NCBI GenBank assembly: GCA_030141605.1
Contig: JAQGDQ010000387.1
Location: forward strand, 62,001-126,000
From: Tubiluchus corallicola
Taxonomy: Eukaryota > Animalia > Priapulida
Length of the DNA stretch: 64,000 nucleotides
Reading direction: 5' to 3'
Below, one piece after another: positions 23,718-39,300 of this stretch (its first letter is position 1; each line of letters opens with the position of its first letter). The notes below the pieces were generated by a model, which was not told where the DNA came from, did no database searches, and saw only the letters and a list, made by a program, of their open reading frames with translations. The translations under genes were made by a program, and so were the position numbers.

Positions 23718-24959
23718 CTATACATCAAATTCTATGATTTTATTTTCTGTGTTCTCTTCATTATCATCAGATAAGGTTAAACTCTTATACTTTGCTGCAT
23801 TTTCTTCATTATCACACAGGTCTAAACTCTTATACTTTGTTGCCCGAAACTTCACCCTCATCTTGTAAGCACTGTAGCGAATGCGCTCCCTGTACTTCAC
23901 AACTATGACGACAGTGCTGACTGCAACGAATGTCAAGAACGCAATCCAGAACACGCCCATTCCGGATCTCGGATCCAGGGTGAGTATGATTATACGGTTT
24001 GTGGGGCACGCCAGCAACGTAAGATTAACAGAAAACAATGAGGTACCTTCGTAAGAGCTGGGATCAGCAATACTGCACCTCATCAAGTCTTCACTGATGA
24101 ATCTGAAGTTGTAAGATGAATTCTGAAGCCATTGTAAGAATTCATACGAATGGCAATCGCACTGGAACGGATTCACGGACAAATTGACCGTCTGAAGCTG
24201 CTCCATGGACTCCAGAAGACGCATGTCATCACCGGACAACAGGTGAATATGGTTGACGGATAAATCCAAATCTCGAATGTTCTCCACACAGTTGGATGTC
24301 AGGTTTAGATTATGTAACTGGTTCTGGGAAAAATCCAGTTCCCGAAGCTTTGGCATGTTACAGAACAGAGGCTGAGTACCATCTTCGTCTGGTATTTTTT
24401 TCAAACCATTATCAGCTAGGCTAAGTCGTCTCAAAGCAGGCGGGGCACGCTCGAATAACTTGGCAAGATTTGGCGTGAAACTTGTACCGTTTTCCGTCCT
24501 CCTTGCAAACGCGTCCTGTAAATTTAGGAGCTGCAATTCCGGCACTGCCGCAAATACGTAGGAGTCAAAGTTCAAAATGTTGTTATTCCGTAAGTCCAAC
24601 ACGTTCAAACCCTCCATATTTTTAAAAGTGAAACTATCGATATTGCTGATATTATTGCTCGATAGACTCAGCGTTTCCAGATACGACAACTCTCTCATCA
24701 CGAAAAACCCTTCCATATTAGGGAAGTAATTTCCGGTGAGTTCTATTTCAGCTAGATATTCATTGTTGGCAGCGTCGCCTAGCGTTTCCTCGATTTCTTC
24801 CAGCGAAGACTGGTTAAAATTTTGGTCGACACATGAAAATGTTTGATAGGTACAAGTACAGCCTGTATAGCAGAGAACTTCAGACCTTCCCCATGCGTTG
24901 GTCTTGGAGAAAGAAAGAACCAGCAACACCCAGACAAAACTAAACGTTTTAGTATCCAT
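23718..24959 (-). CDS. Type-I LRR transmembrane protein, trophoblast glycoprotein (5T4/TPBG)-like, 413 aa
   Basis: The ATG follows acceptor tttactgcag. The protein has a signal peptide, LRRNT (CYTGCTC...C), about 7 LRRs, LRRCT (NPFQCDC...W...C...C), a TM helix and a short tail ending EFDV. Confidence 0.9.
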   Translation of the reverse strand: MDTKTFSFVWVLLVLSFSKTNAWGRSEVLCYTGCTCTYQTFSCVDQNFNQSSLEEIEETLGDAANNEYLAEIELTGNYFPNMEGFFVMRELSYLETLSLSSNNISNIDSFTFKNMEGLNVLDLRNNNILNFDSYVFAAVPELQLLNLQDAFARRTENGTSFTPNLAKLFERAPPALRRLSLADNGLKKIPDEDGTQPLFCNMPKLRELDFSQNQLHNLNLTSNCVENIRDLDLSVNHIHLLSGDDMRLLESMEQLQTVNLSVNPFQCDCHSYEFLQWLQNSSYNFRFISEDLMRCSIADPSSYEGTSLFSVNLTLLACPTNRIIILTLDPRSGMGVFWIAFLTFVAVSTVVIVVKYRERIRYSAYKMRVKFRATKYKSLDLCDNEENAAKYKSLTLSDDNEENTENKIIEFDV

Positions 24960-27355
24960 GCCTGCAGTAAACATATAAATTACAAGAGCCGGACATATCG
25001 TTAAAAATTACAATATTAACCAGTTTGAAACGTAAATCAGCTGTATGAATTTGATATTTTTTATGAAGTAGGTTAAATTAAAATGATTCAGTTTGAGTTA
25101 GATCACACTAGATTATATTAGATTAAACTTCATGATCAGTTAAGTTAAGATTCACATCAAAACACTTCATACAGTCGAATGACAACGAACATCGAAATTT
25201 ACTTAAAACAAATAAATCACATTAAAAGCTCTGCTTACACGGTTGAAAGACAATTCATCCTTGATGTCACTTGAAAAGCAGAAAACTCTTTAAATGATGA
25301 TAATTAATATGTATTAATATACAATAAATTTCTTATTATACTTACTGTTATATTACTATTAACTTGTCAGTAAAGTAACTATAATTTTAACCAAAGTTTC
25401 AAATAAATGTAATATATTTTCATCTCAAAACCGTTATTATGTAGTGTAGAAAAAGAAAAATAGCACAAAATATTCATAATTATGCAAAGTCATCTGATGT
25501 CTCTTTCTTTGTTTTCTGCACGAGCAAATCACAAAATATGTTCTTGTAGGCTCATATACGATGTGCTCGCAAAAGTTTGCTGACACGCTATGCAGTCATA
25601 GTCCTAAGTACATACGATATTCTAACACAGACTTTTCTATGTGCATGCAGAAATAACTAATGATTATTTGCATAGTCAATCACTCCTAGCCACTTTGGAC
25701 TAAAGAGCAGATTTAGTATTTCTGATAAGAATTGGAGATTACTATCGGGTATAACGCATAGGGGTCACATTTGCAAATAATAAAGCAGCATTTGCTACAA
25801 AGAATAGCATAAATCGTCTCCTTTACATTACAGGTCTGCATTTCTTCCTTTTTTACAAAAATATGTAACATAATAATGGATACTGTAGCTTTTAAAACTT
25901 TATGAAAATACAATTTTTTTCACTCATCGCAACAGCTTTTGCCTGAATGTGACACGGATGTTACTTTTGCTCTTGATATCTTTTTGGCATTGAAACTGGC
26001 AATTTGGAAATTTGGTGCGAGACTCAGAAATTCTCCAGAAAAAGTCTAATAAACTATGATACCTTTTCGTGTCTTAAACTAACTTTAACTGGGCTCTAAA
26101 TTTCACTTCACCACAATCACTCATTATTCGAAACACCAAATGAGCCATGCAGTTCTTGCACAAATTGTCAAATATTGTCAGTGTAGTTCATTCTCCTTCT
26201 CGTCGATTTGCGCAAAGGAATCAAGTCATTTAGCAGCAAGACATGGTGTTAGATTTCGAAATCTACTCTTATTAAACAAAAAGAAGTTAACCAGGTCATT
26301 GTATGTGACGGGAACAGCCATGTTGAGCAATTTCAGAACATCTGTTACAAAAACTATTTGCACAGACAGACACGGTAACCAAGCGTTTCATAAATGCAGA
26401 TAAAACATACTACTCAAGATGGGTAGAGCTTTCGAGACATCCCAGCACCTGGAACATATTTTGCAGTCTGGCAAAAACAGAGACATTTCAATTTAAAAGA
26501 AATCATAATTTCATTAAACAAAAGGGTGACCTTTGTTTAGAAATGTGTATAGTAATGCTACAGACAAACATGACAACAAAAAAATACTCAGTCAACTCTT
26601 TGCATGTATTATATGATAATCGTTTAAGTATTCTTTATTTCTTAATAAGCATATGATCATGCAGATATACAAAATAAACATCTTATGAGTAGGTAAACAG
26701 TAAAAATCTTATTGGTGGCTGCAAGTTTCTCCAATTACGTTAGTCACATCAAAACCTCGATACTTGTCACAGCCTTGGTACACCAATACCTTGCACCATG
26801 TCTGCCTAAGGTGTCTAGCACAGGTAGTCGTTGATTTATGACTGGAATTGGTTATAGCTGATTGGTCGTAAGACGAACTGGACATAAGTCAGACCCACAT
26901 ATTCAAGCAATGCGACCTTATGCATAACAAGTTGTGTGTATGTGCTCCAAGTACGGCGGCACATACAGAAAAATTTATCGAAACACATAACAATTCAAAG
27001 TTAATTTGTTCGAAAAATATCAGGAAAATTGAGTTAGATTTGTACAGCTAATTGACTTAAGCTGTGCTCGGGCCATAAACTTGAACAGTCGTAAGCTGCA
27101 TGGCCGTAAGTCGATGACTCCTTGTACACACGTACAGGTGAGGAGTTAATTGTAGAACCTTCACAACACAGCAATTCAAAAGTCTGCCTCAAAACAAATG
27201 GAGACTCCATCTTTAACAGAAAAGGTTGGTGAATGTGACTCAGGGCATAGAATTCTCATCAGGGCAGACCAAGGTCCATAAAGTCTTCATGCAGACCGCA
27301 GAAGCATTGACGAGCAATAACGTGAGAGACTGAGAGTAAGTTCTACAGTTGAGGG

Positions 27356-30300
27356 TCAAGTCACATGATTCATTTGATTGTGAATCCTCTTCTGCATCTC
27401 CTCACTCTGCAGTTGTTCCAGTGTCAAGAGAGATAAACCAAGCTGATCTTCCTGAAAAATAAAATCATGGCATCCATAACTCCTGTAGGCTTAGTAGATG
27501 CAATTAAATCCACTTGATAAGACTTTTGCAACTATTCTTATTAAATGATTAATTAACTAATTACATCTGCATAGTATACAAGCAATAACTTTATAAAACC
27601 GGATGGAAGAAACTTCAAACTTTACAGCGAGTTTTCTGAATCGAGTTTCTCCCTGACAGTAAATTCACAAGTGTGAACTGCTTTGCGAGTTACTGTTGAC
27701 AAGTTATTGCAAACTCACAGACAGTTGCCGTGAATTGATTTCGTATGAATTACTGTCTAGCAAGAACACCTTAGAGAATTACCCTCGATACTTCTAACAA
27801 TGAACAGAGAAATGAGTGTCAGCTCGCACTTACTATCGACGAGTAACTCGCAACAAGCTTTGCTTTCTAGTCTGAACACACTTCCGAGTTACTTGGTGAG
27901 CTGACTTGGCGAAAAAACTCACTTAGTCTGAACGCACCATTAGATTGTTACGGCATCTAATGGAGGTTAACCAGGCAAAAAACTCATATATTTTATACGG
28001 TAATTTTAAAATGCAAGTGTAAACACTTAAGTTTCTTTAATGCCGTATGGCTGTTAGTCCCAATGTTCACTGAAAGTTTAACAATTCAGGTTCAATAACA
28101 GTATTAACAATCTGAACAGGGCAGCAAAGTTGTTGCAAATTAGAAAACAAAAGCCGTTTATTTTTGGAAATTAACCCCCATGTCATACCCGAGTAAATGG
28201 TTGCGCCATCTGTCTGAGAAATCGCTTACTAATCTGCACGGCTTCCTCGATCGTAAGATTACAGAGACTGTCGCGCAAATACTCCTGAATCCACTTGGGA
28301 AGTTTCCCCTTTTTATCTGCCCGTGCAAACCTCTGCAAGAAAATTAAATATACAAACACACACACTACATGACTGCAGATTGGATTTAAAATAATCTCTA
28401 TTAATAGACAGCTAATGGATTTAAAATAATCTCTATAAATAGACAGCTAAACACAAAGCCAGTGCCTCCGCACTGCAATATTCTCGTTCCTAGCATTGCA
28501 TCTATATTTACGGACTTACAGAATTGACCATAGCGAGTGTAGCAGCTTCCGCAACTGACAAGAAAACCTCTAAGCAACTACTAGTATTTTGTTAAGCTGT
28601 TAAACTGACAAAAACATGGGTATTACGTTTATAGGCAAAGGCTGGGAGCATGTCGACAAAATATGGACCAGGTTAAATCCACTAACTGAGAGTAATGCTC
28701 CACCAGCAAGAAGCTAAGAAATTAAATCTTTTTTCATCAAACACAATAAAAAAACCTTCTTTCTTAGTACAGAAAAAACAATATTAATATTAGTGCATTT
28801 ATCCTGCAATATATTCTTTTTTTACATTTAAATTAAAATAATTTCTGCAGTCTGCATTAAAAATATTTATTGAAAACAGAAATTTCATAGTAAACAAATT
28901 TAGAGCAACAATTTCGCAGCAAAAAACTAAACTATTCGGTTTTAAACGATTTTTCTTCATTCTGGCTGTACAGTTACTTACTCTGTCTGCAAATACCATA
29001 ATGCCGTAGTCGGTTTTGCCTCGAATTACGCGTCCCACACACTGTGCCGAGTGCCTCATCGCGTCGAAAGTGAGGAAGTCGTTCTCCCGTACCTGAAACT
29101 GATCGCGCAGGTATTCGAGTCTCGCTTTGAGGATTCGGCTCTGAGTGTATACGTACGGAATGCCAAACATGATGACGCATCGTCCAAGATGATGATCTGA
29201 ATAAAAAAACAAAATGTACATGATTGAGTTTTGTGCCCATACTGTACACATAATACTTAATTCATTTTGGTTGTGGCAGGACAGGTACTTAATGTCATTA
29301 AACAGTACAGGTGTCTTAGCCACATATGGACGCGTCATAATCCTCTGTCAACGAAAGAAACAGCTGAAGACAGTATGGCAAATAAAACCTCACAGAGCAG
29401 TCAATTTTCAATCAATAAAATACCTCAGTGTTACTTAGCTTTGATAAGAAAGTACACACCATCACCACTCAGCTATTTTTTTCCTCACCTGCAACACTGC
29501 ACATTTATATATATAATACAGTTTATTGAGCATACAACATAAAGAGACCATCACCACTCAGCTATTTTTTCCTCACCTGCAACACTGCACATTTATATAT
29601 ATATAATACAGTTTATTGAGCATACAACATAAAGAGACCATCACCACTCAGCTATTTTTTCCTCACCTGCAACATTGCACTTTTATATATATAATACAGT
29701 TTATTGAGCATACAACATAAAGAGACCATCACCACTCAGCTATTCCCTCACCTGCAACATTGCACTTTTATATATATATATATAATACAGTTTATTGAGC
29801 ATACAACATAAAGAGAACATCACCACTCAGCTATTTTTTCCTCACCTGCAACATTGCACTTTTCTATATATATAGTACAGTTTATTGAGCATACAACATA
29901 AAGAGACCAAAAAACATTGATCCTGAACATAAGATGGAGCAGCTCAAATGCAACAATACTAACAAAAGCACAATACTAACAAAAGCACAATGATAACAAA
30001 GGCACAATACTAACAAAAGCACAATACTAACAAACACACAATGATAACAAAAGCCAATACTAACAAACGCACAATGATAACAAAAGCACAATGATAACAC
30101 ATAAAAACAACAATAGTACGAAAACATTTTGTAGGCTGCGAGTTCAAATTAAAGTTATTTGCCATCCTGTTTCTCTTCCCTTTTCTTACTAATATTGTAT
30201 GTAAAATTTATTGTTAGTGTTCCTATCTCTACATCGTTTATGCCATTAATAAACATAAACTGCTCACTTACAGGCATTTCTGCAAAAGGAGGAAATATAA

Positions 30301-33300
30301 CTAGAGGTCTATAACTAGCACACATTATGAAAACCATCAAGAGGTAAACACCGTCACAATGCAAAAAGGTAAAAATTTCGGCAACAGAAAATACCGAAAT
30401 CAATTCCCTCAGAAACTTTTCCGCGCGCCACTGACAGCAATATCGCACCACGTCCATTCTCGCAAGCTTTCTGGTAATTAGCAAGAGCCAAGCTCGTTTC
30501 CGCAGCATCCGGAGTCTCAATGAACAACAACTTGTTGCGCTGAATTGTGTCAATAATGCCTTGTTCATACCAAGATGCTACAGTGTTCTCCTAAAAAATC
30601 AAATCGTAAGTGTAAAGCAAAATGAATGTTAGTTAATTAACAAATAAAGTTAATTAATTGATTACTTAATTAATTAATTAACTTAATCGTGAGTGTAAAG
30701 CAAAATGAATGTTAGTTAATTAACAAATAAAGTTAATTAATCAATTAACTGAATTTGTTAATACGGTCATTAATAAATTATTTAATGGTGTTAGTGTAAA
30801 GAAGGTTCTAATGTAATGGAAAAAAGATAAGCAGTTTTATATTAAAAAGGGTTTAACAGCAATTCCTTTCAGAAAATTGCCAAAAAGTGTTAAAAGTTAA
30901 CAGCAGCTTAGCAAAACTAACTATTTCCTATTGACACTTACTTGTTTCAAAATTCATCATTTTGGAGCTTATTTTTTTATAAACTGGCATTAAGCCAAAA
31001 TTTTATAGAAATAAAAGAGTTAAGTATAAAACAACCTATGACTATAAGAAACTGTTGACGCAAACTGAAACAATAACAAAACAATTAGAGGAAAAAAGGA
31101 AATTTTAATGTCAATCTCAAAAAATCTCCTACACAAAGTTACATTTAGAATTACGCTTACCAGTTCAAAGGACATATGTAATTGAAATAGAAAAATCTTA
31201 ATAATTTAAAATATTCGAGCCACCTTGGCAAGACATCACTATCCCAGTGTGCACCTCTGACTCACCAAAAAACACATTTCTGACCTGATTAATAACATGA
31301 AGTAATTTAAACTTTCGTTTAGTTAGCGAAGTGTGATTATGTTTTCTCACACAAATGCTCTTGATTATTTTTTCAAACTTATCTAACCTAGTTTTGAACG
31401 ACTTACTATTAAAATGGCTACGCCTAACGGTCATCGCCGGAGTTTAAATTTACAACGCTACTGGTACTGAAAGTCCTGTATGCAATAAGACAGCAAGCGA
31501 GCGATAAAAAAATCCAAGGTGAATTTTCAAGCTTTATTTACGGAGAATGCCTTCATGTGTTTTAAACATAAAGCGACTTTAACAAAGCTTGAATGTTTTA
31601 TCTGTTTGAAATTTCCTGCAGGGTTTTTCTGCAAAATTGCAAGAGTAGAGATAAACACAAAGTATACCATGTAGAGATAGCTGGTGAAGAATCCTACAAG
31701 ACCATCTGGTACGATGGCTGACATTTCTGCAAGCAGCGCACCATAGTTTCTTATCACAGCAATGTCTTCACGAGTTTCGTACTTTGAACTTATGCTGACC
31801 TGATCATTTCCTCGGTTAACAATCTAAAATATGAAAGACAAAGGCAAAAGTAAAATCCATTTTTCACTAAAGACCCAATGGTAAATTCCGATCTGCCTTG
31901 GCCATTTTGGTTAACAACTCATATTCCTACACAGCATGGCACCTGAGATTACAAAGTACTAGTTTCGAATCCTGGTTAACTCAATCCTTTCAGAACCTTT
32001 TAAATTTGTCTGTCGACTGCATATTTTATTATTAATTAAAGAACTAATAAAATTAATAATTGATCCAACACCTTCATCTTTCTTTCATTAGCTTCATCGT
32101 CGCTCATTCTATCTTTGTAGCTTTACATCAACATGAAAACTCTTTAGCACACTCCTATTCAAAAAATACGTTACTTAACTTTCTCATTCTCGCTCTTACC
32201 TAATAAATAACTAACAGTTCTTATAATAATGTGCCTATGGAACACTTACAAATCACATATCTACTCTCTGAAAGATTTTTATACTGGTTGTACCTATTAG
32301 CCAATCACCGTTTGATTAATTTTGCATTGTACTTATTACAAACGTTCTTGTGATTATGTTTCTTGTCAAATAAAAATCTTGTTTTAACTAACTAACAAAA
32401 CACATTGATAAAAAATGGCTGCTAAGAACATGAAAACAGCTGTCACGAAATAAGAAGCCCCCAATGTGAATTTCACATTGTAACAGTTACAAAAACATGT
32501 ATACACATTAGCATACAACAAAGCACTGAATCATTTGCAGAACAATGTTTTTTTTAGGTCTCCTCAACATAAAACTAATCTTAGAGTCACAATAAATACA
32601 AATTTTGTTTGCAGAGAACTAACAGCTAGTTCAAAAAAGTTTAATATAAAAGTCGATTCTTTTAAACACATCCTTACTGAAAAAATGTGCGGATAAAAAC
32701 TAAACTTTAATATCAAAATTTTAGGAAAATCCTCACAAATACCTAAATACTAACTTCCACTATGAATATCGAAAAAAATGACATTAAAACTTAGTAATAA
32801 CATTGAAGTTTAACATTCAAATTCATACATCTTTTTTGCAATTTCTTTCACAGCAGTTAAAAGGTACCTACAATATAAAATCAGACAAGTTTAAAATAGA
32901 TACAAGACATTAAAAAATCAATGGTGTACAATAAACATTTTGTTTCAATGGTCCTCGATACATTAAACACAATTTTCCATACTGGAATCATTACACACTT
33001 ACCATAGGACACAAACACGGCCTTGCCAAGGTCATCGTGTACGAAGCCATCGTAACTGGCTGGAAGTCTAAAATCTTCGGGTAAATCTCCAGGGGCGATA
33101 ATGTCTACAAAAAATAATAGGCTTCACTTCTTAATCGATCACAAGGTTTTGTGACATTCACAAATTTTTAGAGTTGCATGTTGATGTGGTCGCAAGCAAA
33201 CCTGTCGTGAAGTTTGGGCTTCAAAATTCACCCGCCATAAGGAAGCCAAGATGAATTAATTTACATACGTTCTTATAGCTGTAGGTATTGGTTGGTGGTA

Positions 33301-36300
33301 GTAACCTAGTTTAGTTGGAGTATAGTTGTTGAGTTGATAGGATAAAGGCAGAAAAAATGTTTACTCATAAATAAAAATAAAATGAATGTTATGGCAATTG
33401 GAAAAGATCTTTCAGTTATGTTACTGTCGTCACAAAAGTCACCAAGACAAAATCTGTAATAAATGCTGTAAAACTTTAAAACATGAAGAATCCAAGCACC
33501 GCTGCTCTATAGTCCTAATCAATGTTACGCTTTGGAAATGAACCATAACTACAATAAAAGATTATAAAAACTTAGAAACCTTGTTGTGGACAGCATGAAC
33601 ATTGAACCAACGTTAGTCACGCAACTGCTTCCACTCTGTTAAACTCACCCCTGACGTAATAATCACAGTTTGAAATCTGTCGAAGACAGGCTTGATAGCA
33701 ACCGAAGAGTCCATGCAGCTGAAGTGCAGTATGGGATTGGAAATCGTCGGCGCTTGATCCTCAAAAGGCTCAATGATTATAGTAAAACCTGTAGAATGTA
33801 GAAAGTGGCAAATTAATTCTTCTATTTTACGTCTGCATTAAAATTCGAATTTTTAAATATATCTTGGCAGCTCTAACAAAGAGATTAATCACTCAATGTC
33901 GATTTTTTTTTAAACAATCTTACCTTTAGCATAAGTGCTGACTAGAGTTGCAAAATTGGCTAATATTGTAAGGGCGGAGAAGTCCGATAAGTCCGGCAGC
34001 TCTAGAGTCCATATCAAAGACCGCAACCGTTCTGAACAGAATCTGAAATTAAGTGTTTGTAGTGTGCAGTGAGTCAACAACAGCAAAAAAACAACAAATT
34101 GTTACTGGAACAAAATGCATTAAAACATGATGGCTTTAGCAAAATATGCTTGGTATCATTATAATAACGGAGGCGTTGTCATTTATTACATCACCTAACA
34201 ATACTCCTAATGTAATATTCATAATGTTTGCTTGTTTGTCTCTCTGTTTGTCAAAATGCTACCACGAGTTGTTTCACGAGTTGAGACGAAATTGGCATTA
34301 AAGCATCAGTTGAGTATTTGTGGGCGCAGACTAGGTCACTAGCAAGAATTTGTCAATATTAAATCAATCTACAAATATAATCCACTTGGAAAATTCCTAT
34401 GCTTTACTGAACTGGATTACAGTTTCTAAGACAAAAGTTAGAACCAACTATTAAGTTGAAATAGTGAGTCTACATCAAAGAGAAACCTTACAACAAAAGC
34501 AAACGTATTCTAAAATTTTCTCAAAGAAAGGTCAATGACAATAGCAAATAGGAGTTCGGAACGAGAATGGATTCAATTCAACGGACTGTCTTAAAAAAAG
34601 GTCAAATCCAAACTATCCAACAATGATTAGTTTATAAAATTATACATTTGTCTGAAATTATCTGAAAATTGTATTTATTTTATCCTCTAGTTTGCATAAT
34701 TACATCATCAATGTCCTTATTCCTACAACATTTACAACGCACAGAAATACTACGCAAAACTTCAACAACAAAACTACTGCTAACGTCCACCATTTACGTG
34801 CAAACAGCAAACTATGTACAGTACTCAACCTCATACCTCAGTGGTTTGCGTTCAATACAGACTTTAGCAGAACAGTCTTTGAGAAAAGCCGGCGGACTTT
34901 CCTGTACAACATGTTGAATCCGAAGTCTTGCTTTCAGATATTCCATAAACCGTTTCAGGAATGCAACAAAGTGTTCGGCGCTGCGTATATTCCCCGGCAC
35001 GGCCTCTACGGGCACAACCAGAAACAAATTAGATACATTGTGTCCCAAAAAAGAAAACAGTAGAAGAGGTGCAGTAGAAACAGGATGATATTTTTTTGTC
35101 AAATCTCTAAGCATAGTTGTTAAGCTATCACAAATGCGAAAAGTGATCTATAATACAACAATGTTGCTGTTATGTAGAGCCAAGTTGAACAATGCAAATT
35201 ACTGTGTCAGAATATCAACACATCACATATAAAACGTGTCCAAAAAATAAGGAAGAAAGGATGTTATTTCACCTTCAAATATTTCTGCTGGAAGTACTGG
35301 ATTTGACAGCTGGACGTCCGTTTCCTTGGCAACGCGAGCATTTCGCAACCCTTCCACTAATCGCTGGTACTCCTCCTTCAATTTTTCTGCATCTGTTTCT
35401 TTTATTCTTAAACAGTCGTCACAAATGAAATTACTTTTGCATGATAAATTACAACTGCAATTATCGCAAATATCATAGCACAAAGAAATAGGTGTTTGAA
35501 ATAAGATCAGATAAACATTCATTTTACATCAATTTTAAAAACGCACAACCACAGACCGGAAGAGCTTACATCACCGACGAAAATATGGATCTGACCTCAT
35601 ATCACTATGAAAAAGTAAACAGCATACAAATGTTTTTTACATACATTCTAGTCACTAAAGATAGTCTACACTGGGTGGCATAGCTCTATAGTAGCGTGCT
35701 TGCTTACCACCAAGGAAGTCGCGGGTTCAACACTCGACCGAGTCATACCAAAGACTTAAAAAATAGTACCGCTGGTTCTTCGACCAAGCATGCGGGTTTA
35801 TAATAATAATAATAATTTAGTAATAATAATAATAATAATAATAATTTAGTAATAATAATAATCAGAACTGCTTTTGAAATAAGTATTGAGAAACTTAAGG
35901 TATTATCCTTGGACTAAACAAAATTATTATTATTATAGTCAAAAAAGAATATTTTCAGTTAACTATGTCAACACATAGAAATATAAGTGCAAATATTTTT
36001 CAAAAACTGCCTCCAGAATTTTGTTAGACTTCATATTCGTTGCCGATTTAAAATGTCTTTCTGAGGTCTTATATGACACAGAATGAACAAAATTACAGCA
36101 CAAACTGGTGAAACAAATGAAAAGATATGGGCAAGTATACTTGTCCTGCTGCAGCGTAACAATAGATACACGTATTGGAATAAATTGATCTCTTAACACG
36201 AATTAATTTACAATAATCGGTTAGTTACGACAGAGGCAATCTTTGTGCTGCAACAATAAATGCTATTCAGATCCTATGTCAATTACAATGCAATTGACTC

Positions 36301-39300
36301 CAGCTACACCAATAACAATGTAACACTTATTGTGATATTTCGATTCCGACGGTGGAATCCGCGCTTGTCAAAGTCTAACACACAAAAGGGGAGAATCTCG
36401 CAGCTTCCCAAAATGTGGGCGGCTGAACAGAAACAGAGATGTACTGTTCCATTTTCATTAAATTTAGTGATTTTGTCCACCGCCGTGGTCACTATCTCAC
36501 GTATGCCACTATCTCAACTTGAATACAGAACATGGATCATTCATTAATTTAATGAAATTGGTTTCGGTCATAGTAACAGCAAGTATTAGTTTTGTGAACC
36601 CGCACAAGCATGCAGAAATCAGATTCATATTACAGCAGTAAGAGCGCTGAAATAAATATGCAAGCTTGTAACACGCATACCTATTTATAGTGTTTTTCAA
36701 AGTGTTCAGATTATCAGCACATCGGTCTAACGTCCGCCTGCGGATCTTTACGCTCATTGATTCAATGCAGACATTATCTGCAATTGAAAACACTAACTTG
36801 ATACCAAGCCACCATTTTTCTAAGCTTCACAATGCTAAAGCAACAAGAAATTAGTAGTGAAAGCATTGTACTCGCAAGAAATTATGCTGAAATGAGAAAA
36901 CTCTTAGCAAAATAACAAAACAAAGTCAAGTCACAATCTCAGGGGACCAAATAATACATACATGTTAAGCGATATACGAGTTAGATTACCTGCTGCCAAT
37001 ACTTTAACACATCCATCGTATAAAAACGGTAAATGCAGTCAACCTCGGGTATAAGATACTCGCTTATAAGGGACCACAAACACCGGTCCCAATTTTTCGT
37101 AATGTTTTTTATTATAAAAATCTTTGTATATAAGGTACTCGGAAATAAGGGACTTTCGCTTATAAGGGACCACCAACGCCGGTCCCAATTTTTTGTAATG
37201 TTTTTTATTATAAAAATCTTTGTATATAAGGTACTCGGATACAAGGGACTTTTGGTTATAAGGGACGATATCTTCAGGTCCCATGTAATAGAAATCCAGG
37301 TAAATTTCCTCGCATATAAGGGACCGTATGATCAAAGTGAAATTGATCGATTTTTAATCTCAATTTTTCGCAAACTCGGCCTTCGAACAGCTCGGCTTCC
37401 GCAGTCACATACATCTCGCATCACTGAAGGAGCTTCCTACATACCGTTTCCACTGAATGTGTAGCAATAATCCATAAAAATATGGGTAAAAGTATAGATC
37501 TAGATACATCCTCGGTCTGACTCAACTTCGGCTATAAAGGACATCGGATATAAGGGACGATTTTTTCCCATCCGGAGGTGTCCCTTATATCGGAGGTTGA
37601 CTGTAGTTCAAAGCATGCTTTTCTAATATACGAATGAATAGTACAACAACTAAATGAAAAATTGCAAAAACTAAAAAAATGCTGTTTAATTGTAACCTAC
37701 CTATGTTATGTGCCTCGTCAAACACTACCACAGACTTCTTACTAAACTCCTTAGATACCAGCTCGGCAATTTTAGGATCCAGCAGATAGTGATAACTGTA
37801 CACAATGACATTGGCATGCGTGACCTGTGACAAAATAAGCAGAAACTGGCCGAGTAAAACAATATGTATCAAACAGCTGTAGAAAACAAAAAGTCATAGC
37901 ACAACTCTCTACCTAATTTTGATTGCAATTTGAACTTGCACAACAATCACAAAGCCGACAAAGTGTTCGCACGAAACAAATTTTGATCAGATCAGATAAT
38001 TTTGAGCACATCAATAACACAATTAATACATAAATCAGAAATTTACTGTATATTTAAATTACAATGAAATGTTTCAACATGAGTACTCTCTATAACCTGC
38101 AAAATACTATTGTGAGGAAACACAGATGGGGGTGATGATTAAATGTGTGCTTGCATACAAAACCATCCATAAGTCAGCATAGTTAAAACTACATTATGAT
38201 GCTTCAAAGTAGAATGACCCAAAAATTTGGTCAAATATCAAAATAATTCCAGGATTCCAGTTCTCCAACACTAGCTTACATTTCCAGAACATTACGTAGT
38301 AGGAAGAGCTTCACAACTATAAAAGATTTGCAGGTTCATGGCAGTCTCAACAACAACAGTCCAAAAAAGTTACGCATAAAACTGCTTAAAATCACCAATT
38401 CATTTTAGCTAGGGTAATTAGGTTTAAGCTAGTCTAATTGTGAAGTCCACAACTAATGTAAAAAATGTTGACAATATAAAAAATACTACTGCCACTTTCT
38501 CTATCACTGTCAGCACAGTTATAAACATCACTGCCACCACGACACTTCATCAGAAAAGAATATTGGCATTTTACTGTGTGGTTTAATGTTAGAATGACTT
38601 ACCGCATATCGCGCCAGGAAATATGGACACCAGCCTTTTTGTTGGCCGTAACTTTTCAAGTCGTCTAGATTGTACACACCAGGAGGCAACGGTACTTCTC
38701 TACCGTGAGCGTCATAGTCCTAAAATGAAGCCATACTTTAGTCTCAAATTATACTTTAAATAACTTCAAAGATAATATCAGCAAGAGATGGAGATCAGCA
38801 CTGAAAGATGTGAAAGTGTGTCGTGGAGCTGATGTGGGCTCTGACCACCACCTAGTTCAAGGAAAAGTCCAGCTCAAACTGAAAAAGATACAAAAGCCAA
38901 AAATCACAAGACCTTTTGCGGTTGAAAACCTGAAAGACCAACAAAAAGCAAGGAGTTTTGAACTTGCACTTAGCAACAAATTTGAACCACTACTACAAGC
39001 CAACGATATTGAAGAACAGTGGAAAATATTCAAAGAAGCAGTAACAGCAGTTGCAGATGAACAGATCGGCAGAAGAAGGGGTAACAGAAAAGAAATGTGG
39101 ATACAAGAAAAAACTTGGGAATTAATTGATGAAAGAAAGAAGACTAAGCAAATGAGAGACCAAGCAAAAACACCAGAAAGCAGGAGTCAAGCCAATGAGC
39201 AGTACCAACTGGCAGATAGAGCAGTAAAAAGACGTTGCAGGAGGGACAAGAACGAATGGTTTGAAAAGAAGGGTGAAGAAGCACAGTTAGCAGCCAGCCA

